From an uncultured Gemmatimonadaceae bacterium (lineage in GTDB: Bacteria > Gemmatimonadota > Gemmatimonadetes > Gemmatimonadales > Gemmatimonadaceae): 64,000 bases of DNA. Location of the stretch: positions 35,680 through 99,679 of the forward strand of contig CAVUDW010000004.1 in the NCBI GenBank assembly GCA_963740355.1, written 5' to 3'. The notes under the pieces are model-generated. The model was not told where the DNA came from, ran no database searches, and saw only the letters and a program-made list of their open reading frames with translations. Below are positions 27,969-37,742 of this stretch, one piece after another. Both the position numbers and the translations under genes were made by a program. Numbering within the stretch: position 1 is the stretch's first letter; each line of letters begins with the position of its first letter.

Positions 27969-28867
27969 GCGATTTTCACCTGACGCCGCTCCGTGGGTGC
28001 GGCACAGCTCTCGTCACACCATTCACGCAGGCTGGCGAGGTCGACGAAGCGGCGCTGCGTGCCTTGGTCGAGTGGCAGATCACCGAGGGGATCGATTTTC
28101 TCGTCCCCTGCGGTTCGACCGGTGAAGCCGCGACACTCGACCTCGCTGAGCACCTGCGCGTCGTCGCGATCACGGCTGAGACGGCGGCAGGTCGCGTCCC
28201 CGTCATTGGTGGCGCGGCCTCGAATGACACGAAGAAGGCCATTGCGCTGTCGAAGGCCGTGATCGACGCCGGTGCCACCCATCTGCTGCATGCCTCACCG
28301 ATGTACAGCCGTCCGCCGCAGCGCGGCATCATGCAGCACTTCCACTCGATCGCCGAGGCGTCGAGTCGGCCAATCGTGCTGTACAACGTGCCATCTCGGA
28401 CGGCGAGCAACATGGAAGCCGCCACCACGCTGGCACTGGCGGCGCACCCGAACATCGTCGCCATGAAGGAAGCCAGCGGCAACCTGCCGCAGATCGAGGA
28501 GATTCTGCGGAATCGTCCGGATGGATTCTCGGTGCTCTCCGGTGACGACGCACTCACGGTCCAGATGATGGCAAAGGGGGCAAACGGCCTCATCTCCGTC
28601 GTCTCGAACGCGGCGCCACGTGCCATGAGCACGGTGACGCGGGCCATGCTCGCAGGTGACGTCAACACGGCGCATCGCTTTGACGGTACGCTGAAGTCGC
28701 TCTACCGCGCCTCGAGCGTGGAGTCCAACCCCATCCCGATCAAGGCCGCGATGCACCTGATTGGCCGCGCAGCGAATGTGTTGCGCCTGCCGCTCGTGCC
28801 GCTCGCCGACGAACACATGGCCACCGTGCGCGACGCACTCGTGTCCGCAGGAGTTCTTGCAAAATGA
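27965..28867 (+). CDS. dapA: 4-hydroxy-tetrahydrodipicolinate synthase
   Basis: TALVTPF, GSTGE, LYNVPSRT, KEASG, LSGDD. Confidence 0.95.
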   Translation: MSDFHLTPLRGCGTALVTPFTQAGEVDEAALRALVEWQITEGIDFLVPCGSTGEAATLDLAEHLRVVAITAETAAGRVPVIGGAASNDTKKAIALSKAVIDAGATHLLHASPMYSRPPQRGIMQHFHSIAEASSRPIVLYNVPSRTASNMEAATTLALAAHPNIVAMKEASGNLPQIEEILRNRPDGFSVLSGDDALTVQMMAKGANGLISVVSNAAPRAMSTVTRAMLAGDVNTAHRFDGTLKSLYRASSVESNPIPIKAAMHLIGRAANVLRLPLVPLADEHMATVRDALVSAGVLAK

Positions 28868-29730
28868 CCGTGCCGGCAACCTTGCAGTCCCTCGGTGACT
28901 CCGTTCGTGAACTCGCCGCGACCCCTGCGGGCACACCGCTTCCGTCGCATGCGCGCGACGTCGTGACCTCGCTGCTCGATGCCCTCGAGCGCGGTGACCT
29001 GCGTGCCGCAGAACGTGGTGACGATGGTGAGTGGCGGGCCGTCCCGTGGGTCAAGCAGGGCATCCTGCTGTCGTTCCGGCTTGGTCAGATGGTTGACCTG
29101 TCGCCGGGCAGTGGCGCCGGTGATTTCAGCTTCATCGACAAGGACACCATGCCACCGCGCCACTTCACCGTGGCTGACGGCATCCGCGTCGTGCCCGGCG
29201 GGAGCACGGTGCGGCGTGGCGCGTATCTCTCGCCAGGCGTCGTCTGCATGCCGCCGATGTACGTCAACGTCGGCAGTTGGGTGGGCGCTGGCACGATGAT
29301 CGATTCGCACGCACTGGTTGGCAGCTGCGCACAGATCGGCGCCCGCGTGCACCTCAGTGCCGCAGCACAGATTGGTGGTGTGCTGGAGCCGATCAACGCA
29401 TCGCCGGTCGTGATCGAGGATGATGTGATCGTTGGCGGCAACTGCGGCGTGTATGAAGGCACCGTCGTGCGTCAGGGTGCTGTGCTGGGCGCCGGTGTGG
29501 TGCTGACCCGCGGCACGCCGGTCTTCGATCTCGTCAAGGAGTGCGTGTATCGTGGTTCTGCCGATGCACCACTGGTGATTCCTGCCGACGCCGTCGTGGT
29601 GCCTGGCGCGCGTCGCATGCGCGGCGCGTACGCGGAGGCGGAGGGGATCAGCCTCCAGACGCCCGTGATCGTCAAGTACCGCGACGACAAGACCGACCTC
29701 GCCACGACGCTCGAAGCGTGGCTGCGGTGA
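28864..29730 (+). CDS. dapD: Tetrahydrodipicolinate N-succinyltransferase
   Basis: WVKQGILLSF, RVVPG, VGSCAQIG, IGGVLEP; hexapeptide repeats. Confidence 0.93.
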   Translation: MTVPATLQSLGDSVRELAATPAGTPLPSHARDVVTSLLDALERGDLRAAERGDDGEWRAVPWVKQGILLSFRLGQMVDLSPGSGAGDFSFIDKDTMPPRHFTVADGIRVVPGGSTVRRGAYLSPGVVCMPPMYVNVGSWVGAGTMIDSHALVGSCAQIGARVHLSAAAQIGGVLEPINASPVVIEDDVIVGGNCGVYEGTVVRQGAVLGAGVVLTRGTPVFDLVKECVYRGSADAPLVIPADAVVVPGARRMRGAYAEAEGISLQTPVIVKYRDDKTDLATTLEAWLR

Positions 29731-30998
29731 GTCCGGTGCCAAGTGTGACGGTGCCGGGTGACAAGTCGCTGTCACACAGGGCGCTGATGTTCGCTGCGCT
29801 CGCCACCGGCGAGAGTGTGCTGCGAGGGGTGTTGCCATCCGCCGATGTGCGCAGCACGGCGGGAGTCCTCGCCGCACTGGGCGTGTCGCTGCCGACGGCG
29901 TGGGAGACGCACGAGACGATCCGGGTCGTGGGCCGTGGACGGCGTGGGCTGCTGCAGCCGAGCACGACGCTCGAGTGCGGGAACAGCGGCACGACGACGC
30001 GACTGATGGCGGGCGTGGTCGCGGGCCACCCGATGCGTGCCACCTTCGCTGGTGACGCGAGCCTGAGCCGTCGTCCGATGCGCCGCATCGCGCGCCCGCT
30101 GACGCAGATGGGTGCCACCTTCTCGTTCGCGGCCGACGACGGGCTGCCAATGACGGTGCAGGGCGGGGCCTTGCGCGACATCGACTGGGTCAGCCCCACG
30201 GCCAGTGCGCAGGTCAAGAGCGCGATCCTGCTCGCGGCGTTGGTGTCGGGCTGTTCTGCACGCGTGCAGGAGCCGACGCGCTCCCGTGACCACACCGAGC
30301 GGATGCTGTCGGCACTTGGCGCACCGATCATCGTCACCGAGGATGCGGTGTTGCTCGACCCAGTCGGCGAGCTGGCGCCACTCGAATTCGACGTGCCTGG
30401 TGATCCCTCGTCCGCGCTCTTCCTGATTGCGAGTGCCGTGCTGCGCGGTGCGCCTCTCGAGATACGCAACGTCGGCGTGAACGACACGCGGATCGGCGCG
30501 TTCGCGGTGCTGGAGCGCATGGGCGTCACGCTGGTGCTCGCGAACGAACGCGAAGTGGGCGGCGAGCCGGTCGCCGACGTGCATGTGGCGCCCTGTGCGG
30601 GATTGCGTGGCGTCGAGATCGGTGGCGCCGAGATTCCCGCGCTGATCGACGAGATTCCCATCCTCGCCTGCCTCGCAGCGCGCGCCGAGGGGGATACGCG
30701 TATCACCGATGCCAGCGAACTTCGTGTCAAGGAAAGCGACCGGATCGCGGCGGTGGTTTCCAACCTGCAGTCGATCGGTGCCGACGCCGATGAACTGCCG
30801 GACGGCATGGTGATTCGAGGTAGCTCGACCCGTCTCGCTGGTCTGGTGCAGACGCACGCGGATCATCGGATCGCCATGTCCTTTGGTGTGCTTGGCGCCG
30901 TGCCGGGCAACGATGTCACCGTTGATGATCCCGCCTGTGTCGACGTCTCGTTTCCCGGTTTCTGGGCCACCCTCGATGCCTTGAGCGGGGCTGCATGA
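29727..30998 (+). CDS. aroA: 3-phosphoshikimate 1-carboxyvinyltransferase
   Basis: PGDKSLSHRA, GNSGTT, SAQVKSA, RDHTERML, ELRVKESDR, DHRIAM; GTG at 29727. Confidence 0.95.
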   Translation: MSPVPSVTVPGDKSLSHRALMFAALATGESVLRGVLPSADVRSTAGVLAALGVSLPTAWETHETIRVVGRGRRGLLQPSTTLECGNSGTTTRLMAGVVAGHPMRATFAGDASLSRRPMRRIARPLTQMGATFSFAADDGLPMTVQGGALRDIDWVSPTASAQVKSAILLAALVSGCSARVQEPTRSRDHTERMLSALGAPIIVTEDAVLLDPVGELAPLEFDVPGDPSSALFLIASAVLRGAPLEIRNVGVNDTRIGAFAVLERMGVTLVLANEREVGGEPVADVHVAPCAGLRGVEIGGAEIPALIDEIPILACLAARAEGDTRITDASELRVKESDRIAAVVSNLQSIGADADELPDGMVIRGSSTRLAGLVQTHADHRIAMSFGVLGAVPGNDVTVDDPACVDVSFPGFWATLDALSGAA

Positions 30999-31687
30999 GC
31001 CAGAAGCCCCTTGTGATCGCGATCGACGGCCCGGCGGCCTCCGGCAAGTCCAGCACCGCCCAGTGGGTCGCGAAGCAACTCGGCATTCATCATGTCGATA
31101 GCGGCGCGCTGTATCGCGCATTGACGGCCGTGGCGCTCGAGCAACAACCGGAGCCATCGAAGCTGCGCGAGGCGGAAGTCCTGGCGGGCGGCGCACGAAT
31201 CTCCGTCATTCCTGGCGAACGTTCCTTCATCCCGTTGATCGACGGCGTGCGCGACGATGATCTGCTGCGAGGGAGCGACGTCACCGCCGGCGTATCGGTC
31301 GTGGCGCAGATGCCGGCGGCGCGTGCGTGGGTGAATGAACTGGTGCGACAGGCCGCCATCGATCATGCGGTGGTCGTCGACGGCCGTGATATCGGCACGG
31401 CGGTCTTTCCGGACGCCACACTGAAGATCTTCCTCGTGGCGGACCCATGGGAACGGGCGCGGCGTCGGCTCCAGCAGCGGCTGGGACGGGCGCCGGCGGA
31501 CGACGAGATCGCGGAGGAGACGGAAGCGCTGGTGCGCCGCGATGCGGCCGACCAGACGCAGACCGTTCAGGCACGGGACGCAGTCCTGCTGGACACGACC
31601 TACCTCACGCAGGCCGATCAGGTGGCGCGGATCGTCGCCCTCGCGCGCGCCGCACTGGAGCGGGGCAGCGCGTCAGCCGAAGGGTAG
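30995..31687 (+). CDS. cmk: Cytidylate kinase
   Basis: IAIDGPAASGKSS, DSGALYRA, DGRDIGT.VFPDA. Confidence 0.95.
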   Translation: MSQKPLVIAIDGPAASGKSSTAQWVAKQLGIHHVDSGALYRALTAVALEQQPEPSKLREAEVLAGGARISVIPGERSFIPLIDGVRDDDLLRGSDVTAGVSVVAQMPAARAWVNELVRQAAIDHAVVVDGRDIGTAVFPDATLKIFLVADPWERARRRLQQRLGRAPADDEIAEETEALVRRDAADQTQTVQARDAVLLDTTYLTQADQVARIVALARAALERGSASAEG

Positions 31688-31738
31688 GCAGGGGGGAGCC
31701 GGGACCGGGATCCGTCGGGCGCGGACCCTCCCCCCTCG

Positions 31739-31767
31739 TTGACCCGCTCCGTCAGGCAAACTAGCTT
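31739..31767 (+). promoter_or_regulatory. Sigma-70 promoter of rpsA
   Basis: TTGACC-17 bp-TAGCTT. Confidence 0.65.
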
Positions 31768-31863
31768 TTACGGTTCGCATTTCGCTGGCCTGAAATAGGT
31801 CCCGAAATTCCCTAGCCTCGGCGCGGCGAGCTTACCATCCCGCGAAGTCTTGAGCCACACTTC

Positions 31864-33663
31864 ATGACCGAACCTGAAGTCGAGATGAGTCTCGACGACA
31901 CCACAACCGGCACGGCCCTGACCGCCCGCGAGAAGCGCGATTTGCAGCGCTCGCAGCTCCGGCCGCTTGCCAACCGCCGCCCAGAACTCTACGAGGAAGA
32001 CGAATACACCTCGGAAGATTACGAGCGGATGATCGCGATGTACCAGGGCACGATGGCCTCGATCGAAGAAGGTGAGATCGTCAAGGCCACGGTCATGGAG
32101 ATCCGCGAGAACCTCGTCATCCTCGATATCGGCTTCAAGTCGGAAGGCTCGATTCCGCTCGAAGAGTTCAAGGATCTGCCCGACCTCAAGGCCGGCGATG
32201 TGGTGGAAGTGCTCCTCGAGCATCTCGAGGACCAGGAAGGCTCGGTTGTGTTGTCGAAGAAGAAGGCCGACTTCATGCGCGTCTGGGAACGCATCCGCGT
32301 TGCCTACGAAAGCGATCAGCCGGTCACGGGTACGCTCGTCAAGAAGATCAAGGGTGGCGTGGTCGTCGACCTCATGGGCGTCGATGCGTTCCTCCCGGGC
32401 TCGCAGATCGCGTTGCGTCGCGTGCCGAACATCGACGAACTGCTCGGCCAGACGTACGACTTCAAGATCATCAAGCTCAACAAGCGCCGCCGCAACATCG
32501 TCGTCTCGCGTCGAGTGATCCTCGAGAACGAGCGCGCCGGCAAGCGCGAGAAGTTGATGAAGGAGCTCGAGAAGGATCAGGTGCGGAAGGGCGTCGTCAA
32601 GAACATCACGGACTTCGGTGCATTCATCGATCTCGGTGGCGTGGACGGCCTGCTGCACATCACCGACATGTCGTGGGGCCGCATCTCGCACCCCACCGAG
32701 ATGGTGCACATCGGTCAGGAACTGGACGTCAAGGTTCTCGATATCGATTGGCAGCGTGAGCGCATCTCCCTCGGCCTCAAGCAGCTGCAGGCGTATCCGT
32801 GGAAGGACGTCGCCGCCAAGTACCCGGTCGGTACTCGCGTCAACGGCAAGGTGGTCTCGATCACCAACTACGGTGCCTTCATCGAGCTGGAGCCGGGCAT
32901 CGAAGGCCTGGTGCACATCTCCGAGATGAGCTGGACCCGCAACGTTCGCCACCCGTCAAAGCTGGTCAGCATCGGCGAAGCGATCGAGGCAGTGGTGCTC
33001 AAGGTCGACCCCGACGAGGAGAAGATCTCGCTCGGCATGAAGCAGACGGAGCAGGATCCGTGGGCCGTGTTGCCGCTCAAGTACCCGGTCGGCACGCGTA
33101 TCTCGGGCAAGGTCCGCAACCTGACCAGCTTCGGCGCATTCGTGGAAATCGAGCCGGGTATCGACGGCCTGATCCACATCTCCGACATGTCCTGGACCAA
33201 GCGCGTTCAGCACCCGTCGGAAGTCGTGAAGAAGGGTGATTCGGTGGACGTCGTGATCCTCAACATCGATGCCGAGAACAAGCGCATCAGCCTCGGCCTC
33301 AAGCAGGCTGAAGAGGATCCGTGGCTCCGCATCGGCGAGACCTACCCGGTCAACCTCGCGCTCTCCGGCAAGGTTGTTCGCCTCGCTGACAAGGGCGTGG
33401 TCGTCGACGTCGGTAACGACATCGAAGGGTTCGTTCCGCAGAACCAGATCAATGTCCCGCTGGTGTACACCGAGCTCGACGAAGTCATCTGGGAAGGCAT
33501 GACGCTCGACATGACAGTGAACGAGGTGGATCCAATTCACCGCCGGATCGTCCTGTCGGTGAATCACATCCCGGCCGACCAGCCGCCCAAGCCGGAGCCG
33601 AAGCCGGAAGGCGCCGAGCCGGAAGTCGAAGCGGTCGTCGCAGAAGAGGCCGACGAGGAGTAG
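31864..33663 (+). CDS. rpsA: 30S ribosomal protein S1
   Basis: Multiple S1 repeats (FGAFI...GLLHITDMSW, GLVHISEMSW); follows cmk. Confidence 0.97.
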   Translation: MTEPEVEMSLDDTTTGTALTAREKRDLQRSQLRPLANRRPELYEEDEYTSEDYERMIAMYQGTMASIEEGEIVKATVMEIRENLVILDIGFKSEGSIPLEEFKDLPDLKAGDVVEVLLEHLEDQEGSVVLSKKKADFMRVWERIRVAYESDQPVTGTLVKKIKGGVVVDLMGVDAFLPGSQIALRRVPNIDELLGQTYDFKIIKLNKRRRNIVVSRRVILENERAGKREKLMKELEKDQVRKGVVKNITDFGAFIDLGGVDGLLHITDMSWGRISHPTEMVHIGQELDVKVLDIDWQRERISLGLKQLQAYPWKDVAAKYPVGTRVNGKVVSITNYGAFIELEPGIEGLVHISEMSWTRNVRHPSKLVSIGEAIEAVVLKVDPDEEKISLGMKQTEQDPWAVLPLKYPVGTRISGKVRNLTSFGAFVEIEPGIDGLIHISDMSWTKRVQHPSEVVKKGDSVDVVILNIDAENKRISLGLKQAEEDPWLRIGETYPVNLALSGKVVRLADKGVVVDVGNDIEGFVPQNQINVPLVYTELDEVIWEGMTLDMTVNEVDPIHRRIVLSVNHIPADQPPKPEPKPEGAEPEVEAVVAEEADEE

Positions 33664-33686
33664 TTCTCGCCTGGCCTTGCATGTTG

Positions 33687-33726
33687 AAAACGGCCCCGCC
33701 GCTCTCGCGAGTGGCGGGGCCGTTTT
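33687..33726. terminator. Intrinsic (bidirectional) terminator after rpsA
   Basis: AAAACGGCCCCGCC...GGCGGGGCCGTTTT. Confidence 0.85.
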
Positions 33727-33830
33727 GCGTTCACGGTGCCGGAACAGGCGTTTTGCGGTCTGCGAGCGCTCTGGCATTCTGCCACGGAGGCGCGCCGGTC
33801 AGGCGCGAAGTTCAACATCAGCGGTTGACT

Positions 33831-33898
33831 GCAAGGTGTTGAAACACAATGGTTTACATTCATCCACCTCGAATGGATGGGGTTGGTGAGTGTTTTGC
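33831..33898 (+). promoter_or_regulatory. IHF-like inverted motif plus sigma-54 -24/-12 promoter of PEP-CTERM gene 1
   Basis: GCAAGGTGTTGAAACACAATGGTTTA (33831-56), then TGGTGAGTGTTTTGC (33884-98, GG-N10-GC). Confidence 0.65.
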
Positions 33899-33968
33899 AA
33901 TGACGCGGAGTGTCGACTGCCCAGGATGCCTGCGGGTGCCGATCTCACCGTTTCTCCAGGACGACGAC

Positions 33969-34703
33969 ATGTCCCTCCGGAAGTCCGCGTATCTCGCAGC
34001 AGCGGCTGCGCTGTTCACAGTCCCAGCCTCCGCACAGACGCTGCAAACGACCGCGGGCACAGCGTACTACGCGCCAGCGATTGGCAACTTCTCGACACTC
34101 GGCAGCGATCTTTTTGGGCTGCTCATCTCAGGGCGTTTTGCGGACGGCCAGACCTTTTCGGCCAACTGGGCGGACCTTGGCGGAGGACAGAGTGGTGTGA
34201 ATTTCGCCGGCCGATTCCGCCTTGCGATTGGTACGACCACCAACACATGGGCGAATCCGTTCACGCTCACCGTGTACGGCGCCACGAATACGCTGCAGTC
34301 GCTGACGCTCCGCGGCGCATCGGGACCGGTGATCTTCGACCGCACCTTCGGCAATACGAGCGGGACCGTACAGTCGCAGAGTGGCAGCGACTTCGCCTTC
34401 TCCGGCACCTCGGATCTCTGGAACACGCTGGTCACGTATACCAACGCGGTGCAGATGGTCGGGAGCACTGGGCCCGTCGGCGACATCTACGAGACCATGG
34501 TGGTCGAGTTCCGGAACGGCCTCACCGGCACCAGCACGGGTCGGAACGTCCGATTCACGCAGGACTTCGACAACGTCATCAGCGGCGGTCTGTTGCTGCC
34601 GGTGCCAGAGCCGGCGACCCTGCTCCTGACGGCCGCGGGCCTGTCGCTGTCCTTCCTGTTCATCCGACGCCATCGTGTTGCCGAGGCGCGTCGTAACGCC
34701 TGA
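33969..34703 (+). CDS. PEP-CTERM sorting domain-containing surface protein 1
   Basis: Signal peptide (..VPASA/Q); Ser/Thr/Gly-rich body; C-terminal VPEPATLLL-TM-RRHR. Confidence 0.9.
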   Translation: MSLRKSAYLAAAAALFTVPASAQTLQTTAGTAYYAPAIGNFSTLGSDLFGLLISGRFADGQTFSANWADLGGGQSGVNFAGRFRLAIGTTTNTWANPFTLTVYGATNTLQSLTLRGASGPVIFDRTFGNTSGTVQSQSGSDFAFSGTSDLWNTLVTYTNAVQMVGSTGPVGDIYETMVVEFRNGLTGTSTGRNVRFTQDFDNVISGGLLLPVPEPATLLLTAAGLSLSFLFIRRHRVAEARRNA

Positions 34704-34779
34704 CCGACCCGCAGTGCCGTTCGCCGAGTCCCGCGGCGAGCCCTCGCGCCTCGGCGGCAGCTTCGGGTAGTTTTCGGGT

Positions 34780-36096
34780 ATGACTTCATCCGCGTCGCCC
34801 ACTGAATCTCGCGAGCCGAGAATTCTCCTGGCCGATGCGGATGCCTTTTTTGTGGCGGTAGCACGGCTCGTCGACCCCGAAGGTGCCGGCAAGGCAAAGC
34901 TGTTGATCGTCGGCGGCCGCCCGGGAAGTCGCGGCGTCGTCTGCTCGGCGAGTTATGAAGCGCGGGCCTTTGGTGTGCGATCAGGCATGGCGATCTCGCA
35001 GGCGTTGCGGCTCTGCCCGGGTGCGATGGCGGTGCCGGTGCCTCGCTACGCGTGTGGCGACAAGAGTCGCGCCATTCACGAAGTCCTCAAGCGGTTTGCC
35101 CCGGTCGTCGTCGCCGCCAGTGTCGATGAGTTCTACCTCGACCTGACAGGCACAGAAGCGCTCTATCATGGCGAATCACTCGAGTCGACGGCGCAGCGCA
35201 TCCGTGCCGCGGTGATTGCCGAGACTGGCTGCAGCATCTCGATCGGTGGCGGAACCAGCACACTGATTGCAAAGATTGCTGCCGGCGCTGCGAAGCCGAT
35301 TCCAGGGAGCGGTGCGTCTGGTGTGCACATCGTGCCGATGGGCGGCGAAGAGAGATTCATGCGGACGCAGCCCCTCGCCGAAATTCCTGGCATCGGTCCA
35401 AAAGCACAGGAGCGACTCCGCGCGCTGGGTCTCGTACGCGTGCCTGACGTGCTCGACGCCGACCCGGCCACGATTCGTCGCTACCTCGGCGACAAGCTGG
35501 CGGAGTGGATCACGCGCAAGGCGCGAGGCCAGGGGGCATCGGCGTTGCATGGGCGCGAACAACAGAAAGGCATGAGCCGCGAGGACACATTCGACCACGA
35601 CATCTCGGATGATGCAGCGCTCGAGACGGAATTGCAGCGGCTTGCTGTCCGCGTTGTGGCTGACCTTCGTGGCGACGGAATGCGCGCGAAGACCATCACC
35701 GTGAAGATTCGTGAAAACGACTTCACCACGCGCAACGCAAGCCGAACACTCGACGCACCTGTGAGCACCGACAAGGCGGTCTTCGCGACCGCGCGCCTGC
35801 TGCTGCGCAAGCTGCGCTCGCAGCGCCGGAAACCGGTGCGCCTGCTGGGTGTGCAGTTGACGCAGCTCGATGATGGCGATCTGGCTGAACAACTCTCACT
35901 GCTGCCTGACGCGCACGCGGTTGCCGCCGAGACACCGAAGGATCGCGCCCTCGCCGCAGCGGTGGACCGCGTTCGTGCACGCTTCGGTGCGGGGGCTGTG
36001 CAACCCGCATCGCTTCTGTCAGAGGCCGCACCAACGAGCGTCGAAGATCGTACCGAGACCGATGGGCGTCGCGCGGAGCCGCGCCGACGGCACTGA
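34780..36096 (+). CDS. dinB: DNA polymerase IV (Y family)
   Basis: DADAFF, SASYEARAFGVRSGM, SVDEFYLD, IPGIGPK, little-finger domain. Confidence 0.93.
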   Translation: MTSSASPTESREPRILLADADAFFVAVARLVDPEGAGKAKLLIVGGRPGSRGVVCSASYEARAFGVRSGMAISQALRLCPGAMAVPVPRYACGDKSRAIHEVLKRFAPVVVAASVDEFYLDLTGTEALYHGESLESTAQRIRAAVIAETGCSISIGGGTSTLIAKIAAGAAKPIPGSGASGVHIVPMGGEERFMRTQPLAEIPGIGPKAQERLRALGLVRVPDVLDADPATIRRYLGDKLAEWITRKARGQGASALHGREQQKGMSREDTFDHDISDDAALETELQRLAVRVVADLRGDGMRAKTITVKIRENDFTTRNASRTLDAPVSTDKAVFATARLLLRKLRSQRRKPVRLLGVQLTQLDDGDLAEQLSLLPDAHAVAAETPKDRALAAAVDRVRARFGAGAVQPASLLSEAAPTSVEDRTETDGRRAEPRRRH

Positions 36097-36111
36097 CGGT
36101 TGCGTCGGGTG

Positions 36112-36627
36112 CTAGCGCTGCCGCGGATCGAGAATGCGAACGCCCGCGGACGCGCCGAGGAAACGTGCCGAGGTCCCCACCACTGCCCATCCGTTCACTT
36201 CTGGTCGGAAGATCCCGAAACGCACTGGGGCGATCGTCATCGCGAACTGGGCACCGACACCATGGCGCTGGTAGAACTTCAGTGATCGATCCGCCTGCTG
36301 CCCGACATAGCCGAGCCCAAAGTCGATGCGCATCCACTGCAGGCTGTCGCGTGGGGGGCCGCCGATGACGATCATTGCCGCGTAGCCGTGTGCCCGTGGA
36401 GACAATCCCTGGCGAAGGATGCGAAGCCCGACGCCATCCGTCATTTCAGCACCCACCCACATCAGGTCGCCGACGACGGTGGTACCATCGCCGCTCCGCA
36501 AGCCGCTCAAGCCGAGACTCAACCCGCCAGTGGTCTTGATGCTGTCAATCACCTGCGCGTGCGCCTCTCGTGCATGAAGGCAGGCAAGCGAAGCGACGAG
36601 GGCGAGGAACTGCAACGATTGGCGCAT
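36112..36627 (-). CDS. Small exported hypothetical protein (beta-strand rich)
   Basis: ATG 36627 followed by a signal peptide ending AHA/Q; Gly/aromatic alternating strands. Confidence 0.6.
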   Translation of the reverse strand: MRQSLQFLALVASLACLHAREAHAQVIDSIKTTGGLSLGLSGLRSGDGTTVVGDLMWVGAEMTDGVGLRILRQGLSPRAHGYAAMIVIGGPPRDSLQWMRIDFGLGYVGQQADRSLKFYQRHGVGAQFAMTIAPVRFGIFRPEVNGWAVVGTSARFLGASAGVRILDPRQR

Positions 36628-36668
36628 CGTCGGAAGGTACCGGACGCGACGCTGCTCTGCCATCGTGA

Positions 36669-37742
36669 TCACTGCGCCTGGCGCAGCATCGCTGGCCCGA
36701 CCGAGTCCGCGACACGAATCGCCGTCGCCCACGCCGCACGCGCCACACCGCGCACCGTCGACAGGTCGACAGCATGATACTCGAGCACGGGGACACCGCC
36801 GCGAGACTGCTTGAAACCCGGCGCACCGCTGGATGCGTGCAAGCGCGCGCCCGTATCATGTGCGCGCTGCATGGCGAGTAGGCTCAACCGACGGTACAGG
36901 CCAAGCTCCTGCGGCAACGACGTATCGTACCCGAAGACGGGGTTGGTCATCACATCCTCTACTCGGTAGGCCAGATACACTGCCACAAGCCGTCCATCGT
37001 GGACCAGGCCCTCACCCGCGAATACACCGGTGCGCATGGCGTGTGCCAACCACTCGGCACTGAAGCGTGGGTTGAGCGTCGAGTGCTTGTCGCCATACAG
37101 TTGCCAATACAGCGACGCGATTTCGCCGCTGTCGGCCGGCACCAGCTCCCTGTGGTGCATCGGAGCTGACGATGCCATCGCCATGTCATGCTTGATGTTC
37201 CGAATCTTCCAGAACGCGTTACCGCGCGGATCCTGATGAAAGACGAGTCGGCTTGCCATCAAGCAAAGCCCCGCAGCGCGCAGGTGATCGATCGTCGTTG
37301 CCGCGTGAACCTGGTCGAGCGAGCGTACGATAATCGGCGCACCACGAAATTCATCGCGTGCTGCGGCGAGAGCGACATTCCATTCCGCGGCGCTCCGCGG
37401 TGCGTGCAACACCGTTGAGACCGGCAATGCGTCGAGCACGACGATCGGATCGAGTCGGCGAAGCAGCGGAGCCAGGGCCGCCAGCCCGATCCTCGACACT
37501 TCACGTGTCACAGGGGAGGGAAGCCGCCGCGTCTCCTCTGCGGCGTAGTCGAGGTATTGGCCGGTGGCACTCACCACATAACTGTTCCGTGGTGTCGCTG
37601 TTGTGAGCGAGACGCGCCACCGCGCTCCTGAGACATCCAGCCACCGACACTTCGCGTGAATGTTCGCTGCGCACCACTCGGCGCCGTATTGCACCATCGG
37701 CGACCAGAGTGAGTCAGGAGACACGGGTGACGCGGTGGTCAT
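36669..37742 (-). CDS. Hypothetical protein with GNAT/FemAB-like C-terminal region
   Basis: LY..LY..KHS.LNP.F, FGYD..LPQ.LGLYR.L, SGA.GFK..RG motifs; ATGA overlap with the ATP-grasp stop. Confidence 0.7.
   Translation of the reverse strand: MTTASPVSPDSLWSPMVQYGAEWCAANIHAKCRWLDVSGARWRVSLTTATPRNSYVVSATGQYLDYAAEETRRLPSPVTREVSRIGLAALAPLLRRLDPIVVLDALPVSTVLHAPRSAAEWNVALAAARDEFRGAPIIVRSLDQVHAATTIDHLRAAGLCLMASRLVFHQDPRGNAFWKIRNIKHDMAMASSAPMHHRELVPADSGEIASLYWQLYGDKHSTLNPRFSAEWLAHAMRTGVFAGEGLVHDGRLVAVYLAYRVEDVMTNPVFGYDTSLPQELGLYRRLSLLAMQRAHDTGARLHASSGAPGFKQSRGGVPVLEYHAVDLSTVRGVARAAWATAIRVADSVGPAMLRQAQ

Noticed and set aside
34704..34779. LexA/SOS box upstream of dinB
   Set aside because: No match to LexA boxes I know; only a GC-rich hairpin is present.
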